Of a DNA stretch of 64,000 nucleotides, positions 37,929-51,537 are shown piece by piece. The stretch comes from Haliotis rubra. Its lineage: Eukaryota. The notes beneath the pieces were generated by a model that saw only the letters and a list, made by a program, of their open reading frames with translations, ran no database searches and was not told where the DNA came from. The stretch lies in contig NW_025764904.1 in NCBI RefSeq assembly GCF_003918875.1, positions 2,170,001 through 2,234,000 of the forward strand. The letters are read 5' to 3'. The stretch's first letter is position 1, and each line of letters starts with the position of its first letter. The translations under genes and the position numbers were made by a program.

Positions 37929-38556
37929 CCTTTAAAATCGAAAAAGGCATTTCCGTAGTTGTAAGAAATCTACACTAAAAGTAGACTATCAAATAACGAT
38001 ACTACCAAGTGTTCGGGAAACGACGTTTACCAAGGATACCCGGCATGCATGGCGCCCGGCATTAAGGTGATAAAACAAGGTCGGCTCAGAAATATCGAAT
38101 ATCCATGTTAAAGGGATACTGATCTAGACTCTGAGCAATTCCCCGGACCGGTTGTTGCTTTTGTTAATGTTATTTTCCCCGCGACTACCGGGATAATATC
38201 CCAGAATTCTTGACTGGGTTGCGATCTCGGTTGCGCCACCCGCAAGCGCAATTGGTATTATACCAGCTTATCCTTACATCCATCACAAAGATGAATTTGG
38301 AATTAATTGGAAAATATATATAGTCATCTTTTGACCCATTAAAATTTCCATCTTGATTATTATGATAACAAATCAAAACATTTTGAAGTTTCACTTCATC
38401 TGCCAGAAGTAAAAACTGTTAGGATCGAAAAAGAACGTAGTCAATGTACGTCTTTATATTTCTGCCCTATGATCCTGGCATCATTGATTTATTGTTATCT
38501 GTTTTTAGTGAATTTATAAAGTGACTGTAATATCTGGACGTTTTATATATTGCCTA

Positions 38557-39000
38557 TAGTCTGTTTGCAGTGAAAACGTACCGATGAATTTCACTTTAAA
38601 CAAAAACGTAAGGTCAAATAATTTTATTTATTCTCAGAATTTTATTCAACTTAGGATAAAAGTTGTTTAACAAACGATCATAGTTTCAAATCGCTATTAT
38701 TGGTTTGTATTACAAGGGGGGTACATACATTAAAATACATCACTGTTCCAATTAATGCGTTTACTCCCTTGTAATACAAACGTGCATTTGTATCAATACT
38801 GCGACTGAATCTATGATCGTCGATTTAAACTAACTCTTCTGTTAAACAACTTTTATCCTAAGTTGAATCAAATTCTGAAATTTAAATGTTTAATTGGCAA
38901 GGGAAAATTATGATGATTCGCAATCTTAATTTCACTTTATTTGATTTACTTTTTTGTTTAAAGTGAAATTCATCGGTACGTTTTCACTGCAAACAGACTA
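38557..39000. mobile_element. 444-bp foldback MITE with TA flanks
   Basis: ~50-bp perfect TIR TAGTCTGTTTGCAGTGAAAACGTACCGATGAATTTCACTTTAAACAAAAA plus nested inverted arms (TTCAACTTAGGATAAAAGTTGTTTAACA; TTTGTATTACAAGG). Confidence 0.88.
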
Positions 39001-39695
39001 TAAGTGGCATGGAATCTACATAGACTTGTTCTATAACCGGCATCAGTCTTACTGGTAGACACGCCCACACACCCACACACACGCACACCCACGCGTACAT
39101 GCACATCTGCAGTTCATCTTCAACACGTATTTCGGCCATCAGTTCGGCCGATACCTCTTCATTGTACCAACCCATCACGCTTCGCATAGCACCTGCACAA
39201 CGGAACCATTGTTCACCAGTTGGACTAATGTGTACATGGGACAACATCATATGGCAGTTCTAGTCTCATGGGCCATGATGACGGTGTCGATGTGTTTTAA
39301 ACCATCAACCGTTACATTTGCCATTAACAGTTAATGTAACTGTTCTATCGGACGACGCGTGGTTCATTGTTACGTGTTTTCCGGACACTTGTACTGAGCC
39401 TTTAGAATGTGTACATTATATGCGCTTGTATTCATTGCTCGTATAATTGTGGTAGATATTACACATGTATATATTCATCGCTTGTAAAATTGCAGTACAG
39501 TACAGCAAGCTACGGTTATAATGAACTCCAAAGGACCCTCTTTTCTGTTCGTTACAACCGTACTTCGTTTTATGCATTTCGAGAAAAATTTGAAGTGGCA
39601 GGGACAGAAAAAAGTTCGTTACATCCGACAGTTCGTTATAAACGTAGTGTACTCTATTCCACCTGTATGACGGTCTGTAAATAGTCGGGACGGAG

Positions 39696-39922
39696 CATGG
39701 TAACCCATGATAATCCAGGGCATGATAACCCATGATAATTCAGGGCATGATAACCCATGATAATTCAGGGCATGATAACCCTGAGCATGATAACCCATGA
39801 TAATGCTGGCATGATAACCCATGATAATCCAGGGCATGATAACCCATGATAATCCAGGGCATGATAACCCATGATAATCCTGGGCATGATAACCAATGAT
39901 AATCCTGGGCATGGTAATCCAA
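39696..39922. repeat. 25-bp minisatellite (GCATGATAACCCATGATAATCCAGG), ~9 copies
   Basis: Period 25 at 39721, 39746 and 39771. Confidence 0.9.
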
Positions 39923-40383
39923 TGGGTTGTTTGCTGTTTAACGCCGTAATCAGCAAATATTCTACCCATATGACGACGGTTTGTAAATAAAGGGGGCGGT
40001 GGGGTAGCCTAGTGGTTAAGGCGATCGGTCGTCACGCCGAAGACTCGGGTTCGATTTCCCACATGGGCCAAGCCCATTCCTGGTGTCCCCCGCCGCCATA
40101 TTGTTGGAATATCGCTAAAAGCGGTGTAAAACTAAACTCACTCACAGCAATTAAACGAGTATGGGCCAGACATTCCAGTGATTTACATCATGAGCATGTC
40201 ACTACGCAACTGGGATACAATGATACGCATCAAACAAGTCAGGAAGTCTGGCACAGGGTCGAATATTGACAGGACGTCCTGATACATCTGAAATATTTGC
40301 GATTTCTATTGCATTGATGCTTCGATTTTATTCAATAAAATACATAATACATTTCAAAAATGTTCGATGTCACTGAAGTTTGA

Positions 40384-41570
40384 CTAGATGTCCACAGCGT
40401 CAGTAAACTGCAGCAGTGTTTTTCTGCCTGTGGACAACTGGTCTTTCAGTCCTTGTATTTTGGAGTCCAAATCTTTGTAGATTCGGGACCGCTGTCGTCT
40501 GGTGCCGCCGTGTTCCAGTTGTCTCCTTAAGATGCGCTCTTCAGACTCCATCTTCTTAAGTTCTCTAATAAGTTCGTATATGTTAGGGTCGGTTTTCTTG
40601 ACTCTTTTCTTCCACCCTTTGTGGAAACCTACCAAGTGGTTGTTCCAAGTGGTTGTTGGTCATTGGTCCAGTCTTGCAGTGCTGGTTCCACATTCTGACA
40701 GGGAAGCAGGCGTCGTAGTCTAGCCACGTAGTTGTCATGTAATCGTTGGATGTTTGGATCTTGTAATCATCTGGTCCAGACTCCATCACTTCCAGACATC
40801 TTGGACAGCTATTCTCGAAACGTTCGTAGCCCTACGAACTTCTTAAGCCCATTCTTAACACATTGGCTACGATCAAAGTTAAGAATTCTTAGGGCTATGA
40901 AGGTTACGAGAATAAGGGCCCTGGACGATGTCGGCTTGCAAAATCAGCAACTCTTCTGACATAGGACTGTACACGGGGATCGTCACGATACTCTGAAACA
41001 AGACCTTTCTCTGAGACATGTCGTCACAGTGCTTGAGTGTAATGGAAAAAACACCCTCTGATGTCAGCTTCTGGAAAAACGCCTTCGACTGCTCTGACTG
41101 CGGCACACTCAAAGTCAGTCTGCACTGTATCTGAAGACAGTTCAATACCAAGTCGTCTTAAAACATCTTCAGTCAGTAAGATAAACAATCTGGTGAAAGT
41201 GTCACAGGACTTGTTGGGTAGGAGACAGAAGGCAACAGGAAACATCCTCCCCTCTACAAGACAATGTACAGTGTACAGCTGCAGCCAGAGATTTGGACAA
41301 AAGAGGAAGGTACCGTCCATGTATATACTGTCCGCGTCGGCTAGAGTCTCCACACTAAAAATCTTGTTGTCTTCCCCATCAACGACGGATAGAAACTGTC
41401 GTCCATCTGTGTTCTGTGTCCATGGTCCTTCTGAAGATACGTCACGACGCGTCTGGGACAAAGGTGGAAGAACTTTTCTGCGGTCGCGGTACATAGCTGA
41501 TTTCACACTTGGGAAAGAGGCAACAGTCGCAGCAACATCGTCGTCGAGTGAAGCTATCTCATCGTTCTAA
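40384..41570 (-). pseudogene. Mutator/MULE transposase fragment
   Basis: YMDGTF..CP..W.QLYTVH, FPVAFCLLPNKS, TDFECAAVRAVEGVFP...GCFFHYTQAL, then frameshifted WN...MTNNHLE and PNIYELIRELK: classic MULE DDE domain. Truncated at its 5' side by the MITE at 41581. Confidence 0.9.
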
Positions 41571-41580
41571 ATCTGCTGAA

Positions 41581-41694
41581 CAGGGCTGGGTGATCCACAA
41601 AACGTTCGTAGCGCTACGACATCGTAAGCCTATGATAAACTATAGAAGTACGACAGGTCGTAACGTTACGAACGCTTTGTGGATCGGGACTCTG
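41581..41694. mobile_element. ~110-bp hairpin MITE, PIF/Harbinger-like (second copy at 55114-55223)
   Basis: GATCCACAAAACGTTCGTAGCGCTACGAC...GTCGTAACGTTACGAACGCTTTGTGGATC inverted arms; CAG/CTG flanks. Confidence 0.75.
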
Positions 41695-42587
41695 ATGTCG
41701 TTACAAACACGCTGTCTAGGTCGGCTCAGTAGAAACCACTGTGTTAAGAAAACGTTTTAATCTTGTTGAGTAGAGGGCTATTGTTTTCATAATGAAGGAT
41801 GATCGGTTAAATATCTCAGCAGATCATAGGTTGTAAGTGGGCAGAGGGCTAATGTTGGATGTAGGACCTTACATGTAAGGGTCATACCCCTAAGTATTCC
41901 TAAGTAGAAAAAAGGATTTTAGTTCCCAAAACAACAACATTTGTAGGCAAATTGGGATGTAGGCACATTGGGAACATTGACACAAATTAATGAGGACAAA
42001 GATATGTGAATACAGCACAGTGATATACAGCTAATTAAGTGACAATTAGAGTTACATAGCCAGAGATGTACATGTATATACAACGGGATCGGTTGGTCAA
42101 GCTCGCTGACTTGGTTGACACATGTCATCTGTTTCCAACTGCGCGGATCGATGCTCATGTTGTTGACCACTGGATTGTCTGGTCCAGACTCGATTCTTTA
42201 CACACCGCTGCCATATAGCTGTAATATTGCTGAGTGCCGGGTAAAACTAAACTCACTCACTCACTCACTCACACGAAGTCCATTAACAGTGAATCATAAC
42301 TCACTCACTCACTCACTCACGTCTAAGTTATATACTAGCGTCACATAAGTCATACATTAACGTAATAAAATAGCAGAAACTTTCACCAACGGACTGCCGA
42401 GATTGTTCAACAGTTTTAAACTGAAGATAAAAATTTCATCAATAACCTTTGAAGTCATTTTTTCGCATAACATACATAAAGTTCGTAACCTAAGAAATTT
42501 GTTTCATATGAGACAACGGCTTGTGCACAACCAACACAGAAGAAAACATAAAATATTTTCCCGAGACTTTTACAAGAAATGATAATA

Positions 42588-44118
42588 AACTCTGTCAAAA
42601 AAAGAAACGCAACCCCTGTCCTCAGATATGAAAAATTCGTTTGAATGAAGTTATTGCTTCCAAACTAAATGTTATTCGAATGTATTGAAATGATACACGT
42701 AATTAATGAAGATTACCATCCAAACAACTGCATTTGTACGCATAAGTGTATTTTATTGCTTATTCCGTCACAACGCATGAAATGACCCTCATGGTGACTT
42801 CGCACAAAAAAAACACATGCAAATCATGAAAATGGCAGTTAATGTAGGGGTGTATAAAAGCCCATGTGCTTCCGTATTATATTCATTCATTTGTCGCCGA
42901 AAAGCTGTGTTAAAAATGCCACGATTGAGTGCTGCCGACCGAAATATCGCCATTGGTCGTGTTCAAGCCGGAGAAAGTTTTGGAACTGTTGCACGGCACC
43001 TAAATGTTCACAAAACAACGATATCCCGACTTTGGAGCCGCTACAACAACTTCAATTTGACCAACGATCGCCCGAGAAGTGGAAGGCCAAGAATCACGAC
43101 CCCCCTTCAAGATCGGTACATCCGGGTCCATCACCTGCGTAATCGGCATGCCCTACCAACCGTGACTGCCACACAAATACCAGGTTTGAGGAGAGTGTCA
43201 GCTCAAACGATTAGGAACCGTCTGAAAGAAGCGGGTTTACGTGCCTGTAGACCAGTTGTTGGACCTGTACTACGCCCCCTACATCGACGCCGACGACTCA
43301 GGTGGTGCAACAACGTAAGGATACGGACTTTACAAAACTGGAGGCGAATCTGGTTTTCTGATGAATCACGTTTTCTTTTGCAACGTCACGACGGAAGACA
43401 GCGTCTGTATAGGAGACGTCATAAACGTTTAGCGCCCATCTGCGTCCGACAGGTGGACAGATTTGGCGGAGAAAGCGTCATGGTTTGGGGAACCATCTCA
43501 TACAACCAGAAATCTGACTTGGTGATCGTTCCAGGGAACCTGACAGCCCAACGTTACATCAACCACGTGTTAGAGCTTCACCTTCTCCCGATTATTGACC
43601 AACAGACACAGATTTTTCAACGGGACAACGCCCGGCCTCATACTGCACGTGCAACAATGAACTTCCCTGCAGAATTCCAACGTCAATGTCTTGCCATGAC
43701 CCTCTAAATCACCAGACCTCAACCCTATTGAACACCTGTGGGATACTCTGGATCGACGCGTACGTCATCGTCAGCCGCCGCCACAGACGCTGCAACAGCT
43801 CGCCGTTGCACTGCAGGAGGAGTGGAGAGCCATTCCCCAGGAAAGAATCCGGCGTCTTATCCGTTCTTGTCCAAGGAGATGCCGTGCAGTGATTGCAGCG
43901 AGTGGTGCTCATACGAGATACTGAGACAGACGCCCCCCTGGTGACAAACTGGTGTCTGTGAGATGACTTTTTAAAATGACAATTTTAAACATGCCCATCT
44001 GGGTTATTATTCTGCCAAATTTCAGACTTCTGTCTTAAATAATAAAAATGCCGTGTCGTCCTAAAACTTCAGATCAAAATCTCTAAAATACAGGGGTTGC
44101 GTTTCTTTTTTGACAGTT
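42588..44118 (+). mobile_element. Tc1 (DD34E) transposon, near full length
   Basis: TIRs CTGTCAAAAAA(A)GAAACGCAACCCCTGT at both ends, TA flanks. Confidence 0.95.
42916..43924 (+). pseudogene. Tc1 transposase with one frameshift (~43666) and a TGG>TGA stop (43697)
   Basis: MPRLS, GRPR, WFSDESRF, VMVWG, QRDNARPH, SPDLNPIEHLW; 34 residues lie between the second D and E when repaired. Confidence 0.92.
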
Positions 44119-44630
44119 TATTTTCATTTTGTTTCATGTAAAAAAATTCAAGTATGGAATCCTACAAGGAACGTGGTCACGTTGTCGCTCTTACGAAAAT
44201 AAGCAAAATTTACCAAAGCGCAACATTGCGTCATTATCAATAGAACGCGTTGTCACTCATTTGAAAATTGTTTGGGGGTCATATTTTAGATTTAATCATG
44301 AAAACTATCGGATTGTTGCATTGCGCGGCTTGGTTAATATTGACATGTCCCTTCTGGGATTCCAAAGAAAAGTCTGCCTATTACAAAACTGGGATAAATT
44401 AACAATCACGAAAATCCCGATTAAGTGCAAATATTGAAGATCAATGTAATTTCCCCAAACAATCACAAAATAATGCACGCTGTCAGTCCAGGAGGGAAGA
44501 CTACAATTCAATTATCCGGTGGTTACACAACATAATGATTTTTTAAAGTTCTTATTATTGTCAATATCGTGTGTTCAGTCACGTCGCTAGATGTTTACTA
44601 TCCCCGTTATTGGATAGACACAAGAACGAC

Positions 44631-45806
44631 ATCAGCCCTTACACAAATATAGTGTTAAAAATAAATAAATATGTTTTATATGTGCCGTTAGATATATGCA
44701 GAACAGAAATTGTCTTTACATTATAAATAAGGATATGTTTATATAGTCAAGTTGTTTAAGATCAAAGCCAAGATTAAAGCACTCAGATGTTAAACGGTCA
44801 TGTGTTTGTATGTGGTTCTGAAATCAGCCCCTTTACATAGATAGTATTAATTAGGGCTGCACAATATAACCGGTTTACCGGTATTTACCGGTTCCGACAT
44901 GAAAACGATACGTATTGCGATACGCTGATCGAAAACCGGTATTTTCACTTGCATTCGGAAAACTTCGTAACACTCGGAAATGTTCGGATATGTCCTTGTT
45001 TCATTTGTGCCAAATATTATTCACATTTTTATTTTATCATGATTAAAAGTTGTTATTAAAGCTTAAACAAGCCTAGTGATTTTGTTGTGTTTTTGCTCTA
45101 TAAATCAAGAAGTAACTCGATTATAAGTATTTTTGTGTTTAAAAATACTTCATGCAATATATTGCAATACATATCGCAATACATGCTTTCGCATCTTAAT
45201 ATATCGCAATATGAAAATTCTCTGCAATACCCACCCCTAGTATTAAACATGCTTAAGGTATTTTATATGTCCAGTTAGACACGCAGAACAAAAATTATCT
45301 TTACATTATGAATAAGAAGGATATGTTTATATTGTACGGTTGTTAAAGATCACAGCTAAGATTAAAGCAGAAAGATGTTAAACGGTCATGTTTTGATATA
45401 TGATTCTGGAATCAGCCCTTTTACAAATATAGTATTAAACATGCTCAAAAGTATGTCATATGTCCAGTTAAACACATGCAGAGCAGAAATGATCTTTAAT
45501 ACGAATAAGAAGGATATGGGTCTTTTATATTGTAAAGTTGTCAGATGTCCAAACCAAGATTAAAGCACATAGATGTTAAACGGTTTTGAGTATGTATATG
45601 GATCTGGAATCATTCCCTTTACAAATAAAGTGTTAAACATGCTCCAAAGTATGTTATGTGTCCATTTAGAAATATGTAGAGCAGAAATAATCTCATCAAA
45701 TGAATAAGAAGGATATGGAGTTTTTTATATTCTAAAGTTGTTAGATATCAAAACCAAAGATTAAAGCACATATGTTAAACGGTTTTGAGTGTATGTATGG
45801 TTCTGG
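44631..45806. repeat. ~195-bp diverged tandem repeat, 4 units
   Basis: ATCAGCCCTT...GATGTTAAACGGT unit at 44631, 44823, 45411 and 45610; unit 2 is interrupted by the hAT MITE. Confidence 0.85.
44852..45239. mobile_element. hAT-type MITE (TAGGG...CCCTA)
   Basis: Termini TAGGGCTG / CACCCCTA, 8-bp TSD GTATTAAT/GTATTAAA, ACCGGT and ATCGCAATA subterminal repeats. Confidence 0.8.
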
Positions 45807-46499
45807 TCGATAAATTATGTATATTACTAACCTACCCCCTGCATGTAGGTATCAGATATCAACGAGGGCGGATAATACCACACATTCAGATCCCTGTGAA
45901 ACATATATACTACAGCTGATATGATTGAGGCCAATCACTGCATTAAACAAGTTAAACGCGTATATTGAGATACGCTCGTGTCTCATCACGCCTTACAGCG
46001 GGCGGTGTTTAAGGAAAGACTACTACAACACTAATTCCCCAAACACTGATAACACCACTACCCAACCGATATCGAATTAACCCTTAACTCACCATGGTCC
46101 GTCCTCCAAGCGAACTCAGCGCCACGACTGCCGTCAGTCTGTGATAGCCCGTCCCAATACCGAGTTTGGGCCTGTGTTAACGGATAGAAGTTAGGAACTT
46201 CTATGATCACTTTGTGAAACGGACAATCATCGCCAAGAAACTGACAATAAGAGATTCTGAAGAGGTACGTAACATAGGATTTGAGTCTCTGTCGCGATTG
46301 TTACAGTTTAAGTTGACTTGTATATCAGTAAAATTTGAAGCAATTGATAATATATTTTATGAAATAATTATAACATGGAGGGAATTGGGTGATTAACTTC
46401 ACAAAATTTTGGCAAAATATTTTGGCCTCAGGTCTAACCCTTAAAACGTAAAAAGATACATATGTGCAGTGACCGAAATAGTATTTTGTAAGAAGACCC

Positions 46500-47330
46500 T
46501 GTCCCCATCCTGACCCTTGTCCCTCCGTCTACGTCCACACCCACGGCATATCAACGTCCCCGTCCCCAACCCAGTCCGCGTCTCCATCTCTGTCCACTTC
46601 CTCGTCCACATCCACGTCCCCATCAACATGCACGTCTCCATCCCCGGTCACTATCCCAGGACACTATCCCTATTCACATCCTTATCCCCATCCCCAATCC
46701 CAATCCACGTCCACGTCCACGTCCACGTCCACGTCCACGTCCGCTTCCTCGTCCCCACCCTAGTCCCCATTGACATACATATGCACGTCTCCATCCCCGT
46801 CCCTTTCTCGACGTNNNNNNNNNNNNNNNNNNNNNNNNNNNNNNNNNNNNNNNNNNNNNNNNNNNNNNNNNNNNNNNNNNNNNNNNNNNNNNNNNNNNNN
46901 NNNNNNNNNNNNNNNNNNNNNNNNNNNNNNNNNNNNNNNNNNNNNNNNNNNNNNTCCCTCCATCCCATCCCATCCCATCCCATCCTCCCTCCGTCCCTCC
47001 ATCCCATCTGATCCGATCCCATCGCATCCGATCCCATCCTCCCTCCGTCCCTCCATCCCCCATCCCATCCCATCCCATCCTCCCTCCGTCCCTCCATCCC
47101 ATCTGATCCGATCCCATCCCATCCGATCCCANNNNNNNNNNNNNNNNNNNNNNNNNNNNNNNNNNNNNNNNNNNNNNNNNNNNNNNNNNNNNNNNNNNNN
47201 NNNNNNNNNNNNNNNNNNNNNNNNNNNNNNNNNNNNNNNNNNNNNNNNNNNNNNNNNNNNNNNNNNNNNNNNNNNNNNNNNNNNNNNNNNGATCCCTGTG
47301 TCGATTCCCCATCCCCATCCACGTTGACAT
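46500..47330. repeat. Low-complexity (GTCCAC)n/(CATCC)n tract with N-runs
   Basis: Direct inspection. Confidence 0.9.
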
Positions 47331-47354
47331 CGTCTCTGTTTACGTCCATGTCAG

Positions 47355-47597
47355 ACCCGTGAAGATACGAGTTAGAACTGATCTTCAGCAACACATGCTT
47401 GTTGGAAGGGGTAACTAACGGGATCGGGTGGTTAGGCTCGCTGACTTGGTTGAGACATGTCATCGTATGCCAATTACATATGTCGACGCTCATGCTGTTG
47501 ATCACTGGGTTGTCTGGTCCAGACTCGATTATTTACAGACCGCCGTAATATAGCTGGAACATTGTTGAGTGCGGCGTTAAACAACAAACAAACAAAC
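47355..47597 (+). mobile_element. Family B retroposon, full length
   Basis: ACCCGTGAAGAT head through (AAAC)n tail. Further copies at ~436(-), 812(-), 2950(-), 9602, 29977 (5' part), 42081, 49581, 51485, 51930, 56245-56468(-). Confidence 0.87.
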
Positions 47598-49490
47598 GTC
47601 AATGTCAACTTTCAACATCCAAGTCCCAGTCCCCATCCCAACTCCGTCCACGTCTACGTCCACGTCTACGTCCACGTCTACGTCCCCCCATCCCTAACAA
47701 CTGCAGCATGCATGATACGAGATCGTGGCTTACATGGGGCTTTAACGTTATCAATAAGTTTGCTCTACATGCGCAAGGGTTAATCTGTTAATAGGTCATG
47801 TGAAGTGTTTTTTATCTCTCACAAGCTGGCCCAACGCATACGTTCGTCAACATGGCCAACGACGGCCACCAACACGAGAAGTATGTTTGTTCCTACCACA
47901 TGTATATTCCGGTAAGATGTTTTGCTTACTTATGTCTCATTATTCATAATTCTAAACATTTATAATTATATTATGCAAATACAGAAGTCTTCCAATCGAC
48001 AACATGCCTTCCCATGCATGATCTGAATGCAGGAACTAATTTTCATGATTCACCAAGACATATTTCCTTAATATTTTGATAGATATAATTATATATTTTC
48101 ATTTTATCTCTAATCACTCATCAAACATATGTTATGTCAAAAAAAATGAAAGACGGTCTTTCAGTCTTTTTTTAAAAAATATTTAACGATAAACCTTGTT
48201 AGTCCGGAATATTCACTCTCAGCGTGAATACCTAAAGAATGTTACTAGTATTAACAGTTACTAATATTACCAATGTTACCGAATACCAATTTTTATTTAA
48301 TCTAGAAATGTATTCACACGGACACTTTTGTTTGAAACGGCATCGTCCGGATTAACGAGGTTTCAGTGTAGGTCAGCTGATTGAAAATGTGAACCTAAGA
48401 TAAGAATCGATCCATGAACGATTTTAGGCATAAAAAATTCAAACAATAACTAAAATTACACATGTGTTATGGGATTTTTTATATTTTTTAAAAACGGAGC
48501 TATTATTTTAAAAAATATGTTGACTCACAAAAGTTGTGTACGTGTTGCCAAAACACTGCCAGATGTGTACTTTCTTTTTGTTCGTCAGTCTACATAAACA
48601 GAGACAAAGAGAAGTCGAGTAACAAACACCCCGTCAGATTACATTGCCGTTCTCGCTATCTATTTTGTAAATTAAATTTTAGGAAACCGTTGTTGTGAGT
48701 GATATAGTAATGAAATATGTATTGAAACAAGTAAATTCGGTTTTATCATTTCATAAATGTTATCTAAGTGTTGTGGTTAAAGCGTTTGATCGTCACGCCG
48801 AAGACCCGGGTTCGATTTCCCACATGAGTACAATGTGTGAAGCTCATTTCTGGTGTCCCCATTTGTGATATTGCTGGGATATCACTAAAAGCGGCGTAAA
48901 ACCTCACTCACTCACTCACTCACTCAGTCACTCACTCACATACATCGTTTGTGTGATAGACTTGATGACTGGCTCATTAACGATACATTTGTTCCAAACA
49001 ATGACTAGGATATCTGCGTGGAACAACTGAGTGAGTGAGTATGGTTTTACGCCGCTTATGGCAAAGGTCCAGCAAAATCACGGCGGCGAGCACCAGAAAT
49101 GGGCTTCACGTACCCATGTGGAGAATCAAACCCGAGCCTTCGGCGAGACGAGCGAATGCTTGAACCACTTGGCTAACCCATCGCCCCCTGCATGGAACAA
49201 AACCAGTTTAGACGACAAGAGTATAAAATACGAAGGTAATATGCATTGAACATTATCAGATTTCACAGAGTGCATGTTGGTCAAAACAATTATTAGCGGT
49301 AGTCACAAGATAACAGCTGATTAGGATAGGAATAAGTATTATCGTGGCACGCTTGGTACATTAAAATTGTGTCAACGATATGTTATCGTGTGAATATGTA
49401 AGTATGTGCAGTCTTATGAGACACGTTAAACAAGTAGACCCTAAATTAAAATACATAAACGCTGTCAGACCAGTGACCCTTTCATTTATA

Positions 49491-49541
49491 AGTGAGTGAG
49501 TGAGTGAGTGAGTGAGTGAGTGAGTGAGTGAGTGAGTGAGT
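49491..49541. repeat. (GAGT)n microsatellite
   Basis: ~12 perfect units; same motif as the SINE tails. Confidence 0.95.
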
Positions 49542-50645
49542 ATGGCGTTTGTGAATGGTTATATGATTAGCAAACAAAGCACCTGTGAAGATCCAGGTTA
49601 GAATCGGTCTTCAGTAACCCATGCTTGTCGTAAGAGGCGACTAATGGGATCGGATGTTCAGACTTGGTTGACACATGTCATCGCATCCCGATCGCGTAGA
49701 TTGATGCTCATGCTGTTGATCTCTGGGTTGTCTGGTCCAGACTCGATTATTTACAGACCGCCGCCATATATCTGGAACATTGCTGAATATAGCGTTAAAC
49801 AACAAAACCAACAAAGCGAGAGATAGTGGTGGTAAATATTATAAGTGTGATACCCACATCTTATGGTGGGTATTGTAAAATAATATGCAAACACTCTCTT
49901 CAAAGACATATTGATCTAACAGTTTATTGCACATACCAAAAACAGAGGTCATGGGGTAGTCTAGTGGCTGAAGCGTTCGCTCGTCACGCCAAACACACGG
50001 GTTCGATTCCTTGCATAGTTAAAATACCTGAAGCCCATTTCTGGTGTCCCCCCACGTTGGTATATCTGGAATATTGCTAAAAGCGGCGTACAGGCATACT
50101 CACTCTATTAATGCATCGTGACATCTTCTATTCACCCAGACATCTGGAATTATCCAGATCTCATCAACGACCTACCGTACAAAGTACACACATCTGCAAC
50201 GACGAATTCGCAGCATCATGTAATAATTCTCTCCACTATCTGAACTCACATTCAGACACTTCCATACTCACTTCAACACTCGCATGGGTCAGCCACACAC
50301 CTTCGTGCTCAACTGTAGCCAACAACCATACACTAACAACAACTAGCATACAGCCACACTCGTACATTCAGCCACACACTCACACACTCAACTGTTAACA
50401 ACACACACACACACACATACACACACATTCAAGCCCACTCACCCACAAACAACCATCTACAACCAACCATTCAAGCTGCTGTTCCAGAACACAAACATAC
50501 ACTCAACTATCCACCCACGCACCTAACGATCCACTCACACACTCAACTCTCCGCTCACACACTAAACTATATACTCACACACACACACACGCACACACAC
50601 ATGCTCAACTAGGCTCACTAATTCAACCACACTCTCATAGGCTCC

Positions 50646-50700
<55 letters not shown>

Positions 50701-51537
50701 GAGCGCGCATATACTCAACATCACAACCACGTACTCGACATTTACACGTTAATTTGGTTGAATCGTTCCGTAAATGATACTTACTTATGTTATTTTACTC
50801 ATTTTAACCACCTGAAATCTTCTCGCTTGACAGGCACAGATTAAAAGATGCGCTCATAAAAGACCTTTCTGTGGCAGGTTCGTCATTTCACCGAAGTAAC
50901 AATATGTTATTTTTAACAGAATATCTGCATGTTTACAGGCTCAACTACTGGCGCAACCATCCTCACATAACCACCAACTCACATGTTCACCTACACATTC
51001 AAATGGTGGACCATCTAGACACTTAAATGTTCAGTAAGATTCTGGCATTTCTAATCACACACTCATATACTCAGTCACCCCACCAAATACTCAACAACAC
51101 ACTCTCATGTTCAACAGCCACATATTCTGTCATACAGACCCTGAAACATATACCCAATGTAGCCCAGGCAAGTCTAGAAATTGTGGCAAGTCTAGATAAT
51201 CACAGTTTCAGTGAAGAAAGTCTCTGTGACTCCTATTCATTATATATCATTAACATAATTTTAAAAACGTGTTTTCTGTCAAATTTGTTCATTTCAGAGA
51301 CTAGATGTGAGTCTACCAGGCACACTGTATAACTACACTCACTCAACCCAGCATATCAAAGAACCCTTCTTTCAAAACTAAACGTCGTCTCTATGTAATC
51401 AACCAAATACGATATCACACGCTTCCAAAATACACGCACGTGTCCGGCTCGCTGTTCATCCTGCATTAGTCACACCTGTCGCAGACCCGTGAAGATCCCG
51501 GTTAGAACTGATCTTCGGCAACCCATGCTTGTCTTAA

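Noticed and set aside
39495-39666. Pogo/Tigger-like MITE remnants (also ~48185-48370)
   Set aside because: Suggestive CGTTATAA and ...CAGTGTA motifs, but the TIRs are too decayed to delimit.
46517-47505. ORFs of 120-284 aa
   Set aside because: They span N-runs and (CATCC)n/(GTCCAC)n low-complexity sequence. The same applies to ORFs over the N-runs at 6194, 9771 and 26873.
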